Positions 34,642 to 47,204 of a stretch of 61,335 nt of DNA are shown here, piece after piece. Position 1 is the stretch's first letter; every line of letters starts with the position of its first letter. A program made the translations under genes and the position numbers. Below the pieces are notes generated by a model. It was not told the DNA's origin, searched no databases, and saw nothing but the letters and a program-made list of their open reading frames with translations. The DNA comes from Deinococcus sp. (lineage in GTDB: Bacteria > Deinococcota > Deinococci > Deinococcales > Deinococcaceae): NCBI GenBank assembly GCA_043727435.1, contig JAYSYR010000008.1:1-61335 (forward strand), given 5' to 3'.

Positions 34642-35673
34642 ATGAGCGACCCCCGCAATGACGACCTGCATGACGACGAATCGCAGAGCGGTGAGTTCCG
34701 AGATGACGGGCTGCTCGACAACGACAATTTTAATGACGTTGCCGATGAAGACGAGCACGGTTTCGGCGACAGTCTGCCGGAAGACACCTACTACGAACGC
34801 CTGAACGGCGCGGACCTGTATTTCGAGCTGGCCGGGCCGCCCGAGGCTCCGGTGATCGTGTATCTGCACGGCGGCCCCGGGTACAACAGCCACAGCTTCC
34901 GCACGCTGGTCGGCGACCGCCTGGACCGCTACCGGGTGGTCTACCTCGACGGGCGCGGCGGTGGGCGTAGCGGGGAACTGGAGGACACCGAGCAGGGCGG
35001 TGAGACGCTCGACATCGACACGCTGGTGGCCGACCTGGAGGCAGTGCGGGGCCACCTGGGCATCGAACGCTTCACGCCGCTGGGGCACGGCTTCGGGGCA
35101 CTGGTGGCACTGGAATACGGCCGCCGCTACCCGGCCCGCACCGCCCGCATCGTGGCGGTCAACCCCTGGGTGCATTTCCCCGACCTGGCACTGACGCTGC
35201 TGGCCGAGGCGAGCGCCATACGAGGCGTCGACCTCGACGACCCGGCCGAGAAGGTGAAGGCCGACACCCCCAAGGGCCAGCACCCGGCGGTGGGCGAGGC
35301 GAGGCTGAAGGCGGCGTTTGCACTCGTGGGCGGCCGCGACCTGCTCAACAGGCTGGAATTCATCGACCATTCCAGCCGGATGCGGTTGGAATACACCGAC
35401 GTCGAAGGGCAGCTGCTGGGGGGCGGCGAGGTGCAGCAGGCGCTGGTCAACCAGGGGCTCTGGAGCTTCGAGTACCCACCTTTTCTGATGGAGCAGACGC
35501 GCCCGGTCTACGTGATCGCGGGGCTGGAGGACCGCACCAGTTACCCGGTTCAGGTCGGCTGGCTTGAAGACCTGGCGAACGCCGACGTAACGCTGCTGGC
35601 GGCCGGGCACTACCCCTGGCTCGACGATGAAGACGGGTTTATAGAGGCTCTCGACCGGACGATGGAGGGGTGA
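34642..35673 (+). CDS. Alpha/beta-hydrolase fold protein (proline iminopeptidase-like; Ser nucleophile replaced by Gly)
   Basis: HGGPG, GHGFG, GLEDR, AGHYPW; acidic N-terminus; TACAAT 6 nt before ATG. Confidence 0.85.
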   Translation: MSDPRNDDLHDDESQSGEFRDDGLLDNDNFNDVADEDEHGFGDSLPEDTYYERLNGADLYFELAGPPEAPVIVYLHGGPGYNSHSFRTLVGDRLDRYRVVYLDGRGGGRSGELEDTEQGGETLDIDTLVADLEAVRGHLGIERFTPLGHGFGALVALEYGRRYPARTARIVAVNPWVHFPDLALTLLAEASAIRGVDLDDPAEKVKADTPKGQHPAVGEARLKAAFALVGGRDLLNRLEFIDHSSRMRLEYTDVEGQLLGGGEVQQALVNQGLWSFEYPPFLMEQTRPVYVIAGLEDRTSYPVQVGWLEDLANADVTLLAAGHYPWLDDEDGFIEALDRTMEG

Positions 35674-35882
35674 GAAGGGCCGCTGTGACCGGCGCTCCCA
35701 GAGCAAGCTGATCGGCTTCAGCTCCGGCCAGCCGGAAGCCCGCGTGAGCATCGACACCGCACCGGTCGGGCCGAAGCCCGGTCCGCAGAACGCGCCCTGC
35801 AAGGCTGCACCGTTCCGGCAAGCAGGCCAGAAAGTAAACCAACTCGCCTGCTGGCGTGAAGGCGCCTGCTACACTCCCAGGC

Positions 35883-36833
35883 GTGACCTGGCTCAAGCCC
35901 GTAGACATAGACCCATACGCGCAGTCCAGCTACGCGGCCTTCTTTGCCGACCTGGAGGCGCGTCTGCGCGATCCAGCCACCGACCGGCCCGCGCTGGTCC
36001 GTGAACTGCTGGCCCAGTCGATGTACGGCCGGGGCTACGGCGCCCTGCTGGCCGACGCCCCACTGGCGGCGCTGAACCTCGACTCGCGCAACGTCACCTT
36101 CGAGGCCGAATACTACATGGCCACCGATGGGGTGAGGTTTGGACAGGTCAAGCCGCTGCTGCACCTCTGGAAGAGCATCGACCTGACGCCGCTCGGACAG
36201 AACCCGGTCTTCGGCATTCCGCTGCGGCGTGTGCTGGCCGGGCAGATCTTCGCCCGCGTGGGCCGCGACTTCAAGTGCTGGCAGAACGTCGAGTTTTCGG
36301 TCGGTTACAACATGGACGTGGGCAACGACGTGGTGGTGCACCGCAACGTGCTGCTCGACGACATCGGCGGCATCGAGCTGCATGACGGCGCCAGCGTGTC
36401 AGACTACGTCAACATCTACAGCCACACCCACAGCGTGCTCGACGGCCCCGACGTGACCCTGCGCCGCACCGTGATCGGTCGCGGCGCCCGCCTGACGTAC
36501 CACAGCACCATCCTGGCCGGCAGCGTGGTGAGCGACGACGCCATGCTCGCCACCCACGCCCTGCTGCGCGGCGATATTCCGCCACGCGGCATCGCCATGG
36601 GCATCCCGGCCCGGGTCACCCGAATCAAGATCCGGCCTCCGGGCACGGTCGAGGGCTTCACCGGTGCCGGCATCGACTCGGCCATCCACCCACACGACGC
36701 CGGGCGCAAGGCCAACCCGCAGTTCCCGAACCCCACCCCCAACCAGACCCGCCTGCCCGACGGCGACCCGGCCCTGAAATCGGGGCTGCCGGTGGTCGAG
36801 AGTCTGCCCGAGCCGGTGGGCGGAGAAGGCTGA
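35883..36833 (+). CDS. Hexapeptide-repeat (left-handed beta-helix) acyltransferase
   Basis: VGNDVVVHRNVLLDD, TVIGRGARL, AMGIPARV; TACACT upstream of GTG. Confidence 0.88.
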   Translation: MTWLKPVDIDPYAQSSYAAFFADLEARLRDPATDRPALVRELLAQSMYGRGYGALLADAPLAALNLDSRNVTFEAEYYMATDGVRFGQVKPLLHLWKSIDLTPLGQNPVFGIPLRRVLAGQIFARVGRDFKCWQNVEFSVGYNMDVGNDVVVHRNVLLDDIGGIELHDGASVSDYVNIYSHTHSVLDGPDVTLRRTVIGRGARLTYHSTILAGSVVSDDAMLATHALLRGDIPPRGIAMGIPARVTRIKIRPPGTVEGFTGAGIDSAIHPHDAGRKANPQFPNPTPNQTRLPDGDPALKSGLPVVESLPEPVGGEG

Positions 36834-37423
36834 GCGATCAGCAGACCGCCGGGGCGACCCGCACCGCCGTCTGGAACGAACTGTTGCGCGAACGGGCGGC
36901 GGGTTACCCGTTGCCGCCGCACGGCCACCACCCCAACTTCGTCGGCGCGAAGGAAGCGGCCGCCGCGCTGCTGGCGCACCCGCAAGTGGCGGCCCACCGC
37001 ACCCTGATCGTGGGGGCAGACCGGGCGCTGTACCCGCTGCGCAAGCTGGCCCTGGCCGCCGGAGTGGTGCTGTACCTCCCCGACCAGAAGCGCGAGGGCT
37101 GGTACTTCCGGGTAGACGACGTGGCCGGGGCGAACCTGAAACGCAGCCGGGAGGTGGGCGAACCGAAGCTGAGGCCGGAGGGGGCCACTGCCGCCGTGCT
37201 GGCCTGCGTGGCGGTCGGCCCGGGCGGCGGGCGGCTGTCGAAAGGCTACGGCTGGGGCTGGAACGGGCTGCCCGCACTGGGCCTGCCGACCTACACGCTC
37301 GCCCACCGCCGGATGCTGCTGAACCCCCTCCCCTGCCCGCCCGATTCATGGGTGCGGCTGATCGGGCTGCCGGGCGAGGTCACCGAGTGCCCTACGAGTG
37401 AAACGGGCAGCCTGGCGCCCTGA
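36830..37423 (+). CDS. 5-formyltetrahydrofolate cyclo-ligase family protein (start uncertain; possible CTG at 36830)
   Basis: HHPNFVGA, ACVAV..GGRLSKGYG, PDSWV. Confidence 0.75.
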   Translation: MSDQQTAGATRTAVWNELLRERAAGYPLPPHGHHPNFVGAKEAAAALLAHPQVAAHRTLIVGADRALYPLRKLALAAGVVLYLPDQKREGWYFRVDDVAGANLKRSREVGEPKLRPEGATAAVLACVAVGPGGGRLSKGYGWGWNGLPALGLPTYTLAHRRMLLNPLPCPPDSWVRLIGLPGEVTECPTSETGSLAP

Positions 37424-38537
37424 GCGGCGCGCCAGTTGGGGGCGAAACAGGCCAGGGCGTGGGCTGGGCGAAGAAGTTGGGCGTGACCTCGACGTCGGTG
37501 TACGTGCGGTGCCAGACCGGCGTGAGTGCCGGCGACATCGGTGGGATCAGCCACGACCAGCGCCCATGGACGCGGCGGCCCGCCCGGCCTTCCCGCTCCT
37601 CGAAGCGCACGAAGCGGCGCGTGACGGTGTGGTGGTCGTCGATCTTCACGCCCGCCGCGTCGAAGCTGTGCAGCACCGCCACGTTCAGCTCCAGCAGCGC
37701 CCGGTCGCGCCACAGCGTGCGCTCGCGACGGGTGCCCAGGCCCAGCGCCTCGGCCAGCCGGGGCAGCACGTCGTAGCGGCCGGCATCGGCCAGATTGCGG
37801 GCCGCGATCTCGGTCTGCAGATACCAGCCGGAGAACGGCGCGCAGCCGAAGCTCTGCCCCGCCACCTCCAGCCGCATGTCGGAGATGACCGGCAGGGCGT
37901 GCCATTTCAGGCCCAGGTCGGCCACCGCCGGCAACGTGGGATGGGCGATCTGCACCTCGCGCGCTGACTGTGGGGGAAGGGTGAACAGCTGCACCTTCTC
38001 GCCGCTCTGAATGGCGACGGGCAGCACGTCGAAAGGCGTTCCGGGGCCGCCCACCCAGCCCAGTGCCCGGAGCTGCCGGGTCAGGTCCAGATTTCCCGGG
38101 TCGCCGATCACGCTGCCGTCCGCTTGCCGGTAACCGGCGTAGCGGATGAGCTGAGAGTTCAGCACCCGCACGCCAGGCCCGAAGACGCTGATGACCGAGC
38201 GAAGCCGGCCACCGTTCCAGGCGTGATCCAGGTGTTTCAGCAACTCTGTGAACACCTCTTCCGGTTCGGTCACGTGCCGCAGGTCGCGCAGTTCCAGTGC
38301 CGGCCAGTAGCCGCGCCCCACGCAGCGCGTACTGTTGCGCCACGCCAGCTTCGCGCCGTGGGTCAGCTCGGCGGTGCTGAGCGTCAGGCGGCCGCTGGCG
38401 GCGAGTTCCGTTGCCGCCGTCTCCAGCCGCCGGTGCAGGCCGGGCCGCCCTGTCTCCGCGTGGTACTGGCGCAGAAAGCGTTCGGCGTCCGGGACGGCGA
38501 GCGGGAGCGGCAGGGTGGGAGCGGACACGGATTCCAT
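37392..38537 (-). CDS. nos: Nitric oxide synthase oxygenase
   Basis: AWRNSTRCVGR heme motif, NSQLIRYAGY, PFSGWY..TEI.ARNLAD, WSWLIPP. Confidence 0.95.
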   Translation of the reverse strand: MESVSAPTLPLPLAVPDAERFLRQYHAETGRPGLHRRLETAATELAASGRLTLSTAELTHGAKLAWRNSTRCVGRGYWPALELRDLRHVTEPEEVFTELLKHLDHAWNGGRLRSVISVFGPGVRVLNSQLIRYAGYRQADGSVIGDPGNLDLTRQLRALGWVGGPGTPFDVLPVAIQSGEKVQLFTLPPQSAREVQIAHPTLPAVADLGLKWHALPVISDMRLEVAGQSFGCAPFSGWYLQTEIAARNLADAGRYDVLPRLAEALGLGTRRERTLWRDRALLELNVAVLHSFDAAGVKIDDHHTVTRRFVRFEEREGRAGRRVHGRWSWLIPPMSPALTPVWHRTYTDVEVTPNFFAQPTPWPVSPPTGAPLRAPGCPFHS

Positions 38538-38611
38538 GCTGCCGCAGGATCAGGGCGGCGAATGTCCTAACAGGCCACCGGAAAACTTCATCAGACCTTG
38601 CCCGTCTGGCG

Positions 38612-39190
38612 TTACCGTTTGTACACTTTGAACCGGGCGGTGATGTCGAAGGTCACGCAGGGGGCCTCGCCGGCGCGCACCGGGGCCACGCAGACGGTGA
38701 TCTTGCCGCCCGCTCCCACCGTATCGGCAGTCAGCTTGCCGGCCACGTCGGTCAGTTTGCCGAACCGGCCGTAGAGCTTCACCGCTTCGTAGTCAGCCGA
38801 CTCCAGCGTCGCGTGCAGGGCGTCGTCGCCGGGCGTGACGAGCGGGCTGAGCGGCAGCCAGCGTCTGTTGCCCCGGTCGTCTCTGACATACAGGTTGGCC
38901 GAGACGCGCGGAATGACGTAGTAGGTTCGCTTGCCGGGCCAGCGCTCCTTCAGGGCCAGCGGCACCACCAGGCTGCAGCGCGGATACACCTCGTCCTGAA
39001 GGATGAAGTCGGTGCGGGCCGCCTTGTACAAACTGTCGTCGCAGACCAGACTGATTTTCTCGCGCGGCACGGTGACCGTTTTACTCGTTCCGCTCGTGCC
39101 AGCAGCGCCGGTGCCCTGAGCCAAGACGGGTGCGAGGAGGGCCAGCGTCAGCGGCGGGGCCAGCAAGGTCAGTCGAGCAGTTCGGTTCAT
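38612..39190 (-). CDS. Secreted hypothetical protein
   Basis: Signal peptide, four Cys, AGGAG RBS. Confidence 0.75.
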   Translation of the reverse strand: MNRTARLTLLAPPLTLALLAPVLAQGTGAAGTSGTSKTVTVPREKISLVCDDSLYKAARTDFILQDEVYPRCSLVVPLALKERWPGKRTYYVIPRVSANLYVRDDRGNRRWLPLSPLVTPGDDALHATLESADYEAVKLYGRFGKLTDVAGKLTADTVGAGGKITVCVAPVRAGEAPCVTFDITARFKVYKR

Positions 39191-39245
39191 GGAACACTCC
39201 TGGGCAAAGTGAAAGGAACTTCGGGGCCGATGTTCAGGGAGACGG

Positions 39246-39722
39246 TCAGGGCGTGATCAGCTCGGTGCCGATCTCGTCGGTGGCCAGGGTATACACGCAA
39301 CTGAAATCGGTCTGGACAGAGGGGCCGCTGCCCTGCTCGGTGCCGCCGTCTCGGTTGCCGGCATCTCGGGTAAACGAGCCGTCCCAGCGTTTGCCGTCGG
39401 GGCTGGCGCTGATCTGGCCGTCGGTTTCACCCAAGGCAGGAAAATGCAGGACCAACTGACCCACCTTCGCCTGCAGATCGGCCTCGCAGCGCTTCATCAG
39501 GCGCGAAGTGGCGACGCCGCCCGACGTGTCGTCTTGCGGATGCGGGGCAGTACGCAGCAGCGACACGGCCACCCCGCCGACCAGAACGAGCGTGCAGCCG
39601 GCGGCCACGACGAGGCGAGTGCGCGGGTTCAGGGCGGCCCGCACCTCGCGGCGGTAGCGCTGCTGCGCCGACCGACGTTGCAGCTCCTGGCGCTGTGCCA
39701 GCACGGCCCGCGCCGTCGCCAC
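39246..39722 (-). CDS. Single-pass membrane hypothetical protein
   Basis: GGAGGAG before GTG; basic N-terminus, TM, two periplasmic Cys. Confidence 0.7.
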   Translation of the reverse strand: MATARAVLAQRQELQRRSAQQRYRREVRAALNPRTRLVVAAGCTLVLVGGVAVSLLRTAPHPQDDTSGGVATSRLMKRCEADLQAKVGQLVLHFPALGETDGQISASPDGKRWDGSFTRDAGNRDGGTEQGSGPSVQTDFSCVYTLATDEIGTELITP

Positions 39723-40106
39723 CTCCTCCAGCTGGATCTGTCGCCGGTCTTCTTCACTCAGTATACTTTGCAGAGTAATATACTCACCTGAGTAAAGTAC
39801 TCAAAGCTGTCGGAGTTGCACTGCTGCCCTGGGCCGCCCTCTCGCTCGGTGCCTGGGGCGACGCCGGCCGCTGATTGCCGAGGGGTCAGGCCGCACAGAT
39901 GAAACTGGGGCTGACCTTCCTGCCGGTGCTGGCCCTGTTCCTGACGGTGCATTCGCCGCTGCCCTGGCTGGCGCCGCTGGCCCTGCTGCTGGAACTGCTC
40001 GTGCTCGGCCGACTGGCTGTACCAGACGGTCACGGCACGCCCGGCGAGACAGCAGACAGGGCCGGCACCTGCGCGCCAGCCCTGAAGATCACTGCTGTTG
40101 GTCGTT

Positions 40107-40241
40107 ATACGCCCCTCCGTCCAATTCCTGTATATCCGGGACAGCACCGGATACACGTTCATCTCCCGGAACACGTACTTTTCCTACTTCCTCCGGTCGA
40201 ATTCAACCCGCAAACTACGCGGGATTTATTCGGAATCCGTA

Positions 40242-40242
<1 letters not shown>
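40107..40242. repeat. Deinococcus-type small non-coding repeat, full copy
   Basis: ATACG...CGTAT ends; hairpins ATCCGG-N7-CCGGAT and CCCGC-N7-GCGGG; similar to 1-96 and 45632-45746. Confidence 0.8.
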
Positions 40243-42071
<1,829 letters not shown>

Positions 42072-42171
42072 GTCCGCTCCTGGCAGGCGACAGGGCGCCG
42101 CAGACCGGGCGGCCACGATGTTCGCGGCACAGCACCGGCCCGGACCTGTCTCGCCCGTTTCTCTGCCACGC

Positions 42172-42340
42172 AGCGCTGTTGTCTCCGGGTCGCCCCGTCC
42201 TTTCAGCGCCGCTTGAATGCCTGCTGGTTTCCAGCGTGCATTCCGGGAGGGTCTGGCCTGACCCTGAAGGCATCCGCAGAACGTCCGATGACCTTCACCT
42301 CGTCTCCCGCCTGCTTTCCGGCCGGCGGGCCTTGCGCTTC
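42172..42340 (-). ncRNA. glmS ribozyme (GlcN6P-activated)
   Basis: Minus strand AGCGCAAGGCCCGCC...GGCGGGAGACGAGGTGAAGGTCATCGGAC...GCGGATGCCTTCA, later GCGCTG...GACAACAGCGC, upstream of glmS. Confidence 0.88.
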
Positions 42341-42429
42341 CCTGAGCAGGTGTACCGGGTACACCAACGCTCTGAGGGCAGTGTAGCAAGAACTCTGATA
42401 TGGAGATGTGTAACAGCCTCAGGTGAGTA

Positions 42430-43236
42430 TCATTCGGCCGACCCGGGCAGCGCACGCCAGGACGGCTCGCGCTTGTCCAGGTAAGCCGCCACGCCTTCCT
42501 TCAGGTCGTCGGTGGTGCGGGTCCAGGCGTTCATGCCCACGGCGTAACGCAGGCCTTCTGCCAGCCCCATGCCCGGCAGCAGGCTCAGCATCTCGCGGGT
42601 GCTCGCCAGGGCGGTGCTGCTGGCCTGGGCGATCTCGGCGGCCAGTTCCAGCGCCCGGGCCTCGGCCTGCCCGCCGGGCACCACCTCGTTCACCAAGCCC
42701 ATGCGCCAGGCCTCTGCGGCGGGCACCAGCCTTCCGGTCAGCAGCAGTTCGCGGGCGTGCTTCTCGCCCACCGCCCGCACCAGAAAGACCATCACGACGG
42801 CCGCCACGAAGCCCAGCCGCACCTCGGTGTACCCCAGCCGCGCCCCCTCGCCGGCCACCACGAGGTCGCAGACCGAGGCCAGCCCCGCTCCGCCCGCCAC
42901 CGCCACGCCCTCGATGGCCGCCACCACCGGCAGCCGCGAGGTGTAGATCAGGTGCAGCAGGTCGGCCAGCCGCTGCGAGTCGGCGCGGTTCTCCTCGCTG
43001 CTGGCCTCGCTCAGCGCCTGCAAGGCCTTCAGGTCGGCCCCGGCACTGAAGACCTTGCCCGCGCCGCACAGCACCGCGCAGCGCACCCCCGGATCGCTCT
43101 GGGCGGCCACCAGCTCGGTGTGCAGGGCGGCCACCAGTTCGCCGTTCAGGGCGTTGCGGGCCTCGGGGCGATTGAGGCGCAGCAGCAGCAGCGGGCCGCG
43201 CCGCTCGCTCAGGACGGCAGAAGCAGAGCTGGACAT
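42430..43236 (-). CDS. Enoyl-CoA hydratase/isomerase (methylglutaconyl-CoA hydratase-like)
   Basis: LNRPEARNAL, FSAGADL, AVAGGAGL, TEVRLG. Confidence 0.92.
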   Translation of the reverse strand: MSSSASAVLSERRGPLLLLRLNRPEARNALNGELVAALHTELVAAQSDPGVRCAVLCGAGKVFSAGADLKALQALSEASSEENRADSQRLADLLHLIYTSRLPVVAAIEGVAVAGGAGLASVCDLVVAGEGARLGYTEVRLGFVAAVVMVFLVRAVGEKHARELLLTGRLVPAAEAWRMGLVNEVVPGGQAEARALELAAEIAQASSTALASTREMLSLLPGMGLAEGLRYAVGMNAWTRTTDDLKEGVAAYLDKREPSWRALPGSAE

Positions 43237-43416
43237 GCCCAAATGCTAGTGCATGAACACCAGCACACGAACTTCAGCACACGAACTTCAGCACTGTTCT
43301 GCCCTCCGCCGTCCCGCTTGGTTTTTTCTCAATCATCCGTGATCTGGCTCACATGACGCACGGGCGCTCTGGTACAGTCTGTATTTGGAGCGAACTGTCT
43401 CCACGGAGCCCCTGGA

Positions 43417-43764
43417 ATGCCCACCTACGAATATAAAAATATTGAAACCGGCGAGATCTACGAATTCAAACAGAGCATGCGCGACGACGCCCTGACCCGG
43501 CACCCCGAGACGGGCGCGGCCATCAAGCGCATCGTGTCGCTGCCCGGCATCGCCTTCAAGGGCAGCGGTTTCTACGCCAACGACTCGCGGGCCGGTTCCT
43601 CCTCGGCCCGCTCCAGTGGTGAGACCACCGCAGCCGCCGAGAAACCGGCCGGCACCGAAAAGCCGGCCAGCACTTCCGCCGGCGAGAGCAGCCCCGCGCC
43701 CGCCAAATCGGCCGAGCCGGCGCCCGTCAAGAGTGCTCCGGCAGCGGTCAAGAGCGGCGAGTGA
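43417..43764 (+). CDS. FmdB-family regulatory protein, Cys-free
   Basis: MPTYEY...IAFKGSGFYAND, low-complexity tail. Confidence 0.85.
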   Translation: MPTYEYKNIETGEIYEFKQSMRDDALTRHPETGAAIKRIVSLPGIAFKGSGFYANDSRAGSSSARSSGETTAAAEKPAGTEKPASTSAGESSPAPAKSAEPAPVKSAPAAVKSGE

Positions 43765-44960
43765 GCCCGTCCTCCCCGCAGCCGGGCCCTGTGGAACAAG
43801 GCGGTGGCGACCAGGGCAGTATTGACCAGGGCAGTGCTGACCGGAGCAACGCTGGCCGGCGTGGTGTCGTCAGCCGCCTGCTGCTGCTGGGGTCGCTCCT
43901 GCTGGCCGGACTGGGCGGCGCCTACCTGACCGGCCGGGTCACGGCTCAGCGGGCCCTGGTGACCACCGACGAGATCAATACCGTCGAGGTCTCGCAGAAG
44001 ACCCTTCCGGCCCTGGTGCGCGTCGACGTGCGGCTCAAGAAGGACTCCTATCAACTGGGTGACGATCCCAACGAGGTCGGCAGTGGGTTCTTCTACCGCT
44101 CCAACCTGATCGTGACCAACTACCACGTGGTGCAGAGCCAGGATTCGCTGAGTATCGTGATGTACGACGGCAAGCGGGTCAACGCCACGGTGGAAGGCGT
44201 CGACCCCGGCATCGACATCGCCATCCTGAAGGTATCGGGCGTGACGGCCCCCAGGACGCTCAGTTTCGGTGACAGCTCACGCCTGATTCCGGGTCAGAAA
44301 CTGATCGTGCTGGGCACGCCCCTCACCTACAATAACTTCGTCTCGACCGGCATCTTCAGCGCCACCACCCGTGATCTGGGGCAGCGCCCCGACAATCTGG
44401 GCCAGGAAATCGGGCAGTACGGCCTGACCACCGCCACCATTCAGGGCGGATCGTCCGGCGGGCCGGTGCTCGACTCGCGCGGAGCGGTGGTGGGCGTGGC
44501 CGACGCCAACTCGGCCGGCAACACCCTGGTGCCGGGCATCATCGGGGCCTTCATTCCGAGCGAACTGGTGACTCAGTCACTCTCGGACCTGGAAAAAGTG
44601 GGCGTTCCGCAGCGCGGCACCCTGGGCGTGACACTCGTCGACCTCGACGACCTCGACCCGGCACTGCGCCAACTGGCGGGCCTGACGAGCAACCAGGGCG
44701 CCCTGGTCGACGAGGTGCCGGCCGGCACCGCCGGAGCCAGAAGCGGCCTGCGCGGTTCGCTGCGCAACAACAAGGGTCAATTCCTGTCGCCGCTGGGCGA
44801 CGTGGTGGTGGCCGTGAACGGCAAACGCGTCACCAACTCGTACGACGTGATCCGGGCAGTGGCGCTCAAGCGGCCCGGTCAGGTGGTGGCGCTCAAGGTC
44901 TGGCGCAACAAGAAGGAATTGACCGTCAACGTGACGCTGCTGAAGCGCACCCTGCAGTAG
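43761..44960 (+). CDS. HtrA/DegP-like S1C serine protease with PDZ
   Basis: TM, GSGF, VTNYHVV, DIAILK, GSSGGP, C-terminal PDZ. Confidence 0.92.
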   Translation: MSPSSPQPGPVEQGGGDQGSIDQGSADRSNAGRRGVVSRLLLLGSLLLAGLGGAYLTGRVTAQRALVTTDEINTVEVSQKTLPALVRVDVRLKKDSYQLGDDPNEVGSGFFYRSNLIVTNYHVVQSQDSLSIVMYDGKRVNATVEGVDPGIDIAILKVSGVTAPRTLSFGDSSRLIPGQKLIVLGTPLTYNNFVSTGIFSATTRDLGQRPDNLGQEIGQYGLTTATIQGGSSGGPVLDSRGAVVGVADANSAGNTLVPGIIGAFIPSELVTQSLSDLEKVGVPQRGTLGVTLVDLDDLDPALRQLAGLTSNQGALVDEVPAGTAGARSGLRGSLRNNKGQFLSPLGDVVVAVNGKRVTNSYDVIRAVALKRPGQVVALKVWRNKKELTVNVTLLKRTLQ

Positions 44961-44970
44961 GAAATACAGA

Positions 44971-45010
44971 GGGAGGCCAGAGCTGTGAACATGATCTGGC
45001 CTCCCCTTTT
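44971..45010 (+). terminator. Intrinsic terminator between convergent htrA and usp
   Basis: GGGAGGCCAGA/TCTGGCCTCCC stem followed by CTTTT. Confidence 0.7.
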
Positions 45011-45036
45011 CGCCGGAATCTGCAATTGCCTCTGCA

Positions 45037-45471
45037 TTACCTCTGCGGCACGATCAGTACCGGAATCCCGCTCTGGCGCAGCACGGCCTCGGCCACTGAG
45101 CCCATGAAGAAGTGGGCGAGTGCGCCCTGCGGGTGGGTGCCGACCACGATCAGGTCCGCGCCCCACTGCTGGGCCGCCTGCACCAGCGTCTGGGCCGGTT
45201 CGCCCATGATGACTTCCTCTTCCTCACCGTCCCGCGCCATCTTGTCGAGCTGCCGCACGTCGCCGGCTGAGAGCTGGGTCAGCACCTCGGCACTGGGCAT
45301 GACCGGCGCCAGCCCCCCGGTCGAGAGGTCGGGCACCGAACCGGCGCGGGCGTCGACCACATGAATCAGTTTGAGCTGCGCGCCAGGAAAGCGGCTGCGG
45401 GCCAGGTCGAGGGCCGCCTGGGCACTCTGCGAGAAATCGATGCCGACCGCAATCTTCTGAAAGTCACTCAT
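45037..45471 (-). CDS. Universal stress protein
   Basis: KIAVGIDFS, ADLIVVGTH...FFMGSVAEAVLR..IPVLIV. Confidence 0.92.
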   Translation of the reverse strand: MSDFQKIAVGIDFSQSAQAALDLARSRFPGAQLKLIHVVDARAGSVPDLSTGGLAPVMPSAEVLTQLSAGDVRQLDKMARDGEEEEVIMGEPAQTLVQAAQQWGADLIVVGTHPQGALAHFFMGSVAEAVLRQSGIPVLIVPQR

Positions 45472-45631
45472 GCGCCGAGCGTATACCCGGCCCGTCATGG
45501 CTGCGGTGCAGATCAAGGATTGGACAACGTCAGGGGACTGCCGCCTTCATCTGAACCGGAAGAAAACAGCGCTGCCGACTCCTTCCGAAATCGGCAGCCT
45601 GTACATCACTCCGGGTTTGTACTGTGTTGCT

Positions 45632-45746
45632 CCGATTCCAGTGAATGTGGGAACAGCACCCACATCCCCTTCCACCTCCGCAACACAGTACTCTTTGCCA
45701 CTCGCTCCGCTCGCCAAAACTCTTTGAGTTTTGTGCAATTCCGTAT
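45632..45746. repeat. Diverged copy of the small non-coding repeat
   Basis: ATTCC.GT..ATGTGGGAACAGCACCCACAT...AACACAGTACT...AATTCCGTAT aligns by eye with 40107-40242; left end approximate. Confidence 0.6.
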
Positions 45747-46045
45747 CAGTCGCGCTCGCGCTCGCGCTCGGCGTTCAGCTGGGCCTGAAGCTGCGCCTGC
45801 CGCTGACGCTGGTAGTCCTGAAGGAAACGGTCCTCGTCCATCATGTTCTGGCCGATCTTCAGCTTGCCGGTCGCCAGTTCGCGCATCGACTGGGTCACGA
45901 GGTTGCGGGTCTTGGCCTTCACGTCGGTCGGCAGGGTGCTGGGCGCGCCGCTGCGCAGCTGAATGGCGCGCTTGGCCACCACCACCGAGAGGCGGTACTT
46001 GCTGTCGGTCATGGAAAGCAACTTGTCGATATCTTTTTCGGCCAT
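45746..46045 (-). CDS. rpoZ: RNA polymerase omega subunit
   Basis: MAEKDIDKLLSMTDSKYRLSVVVAKRAIQL. Confidence 0.95.
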   Translation of the reverse strand: MAEKDIDKLLSMTDSKYRLSVVVAKRAIQLRSGAPSTLPTDVKAKTRNLVTQSMRELATGKLKIGQNMMDEDRFLQDYQRQRQAQLQAQLNAERERERD

Positions 46046-46172
46046 GGTGTTCATCCCCTTGGTGGTGCGGCAGGCAGGGCTGGCCGCAGGCACACTCAGC
46101 CTTGAAGTATAGCAGGCCAGCGGGTGGGGGCCCGTGGCGAACTATGGCTCCCCCTCTGGCTCTCTGGCTGCA

Positions 46173-47204
<1,032 letters not shown>

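Noticed and set aside
34561-35802. Apparent 855-aa antiporter with a long N-terminal extension
   Set aside because: The extension is the antisense of the hydrolase gene; the antiporter starts near 34560
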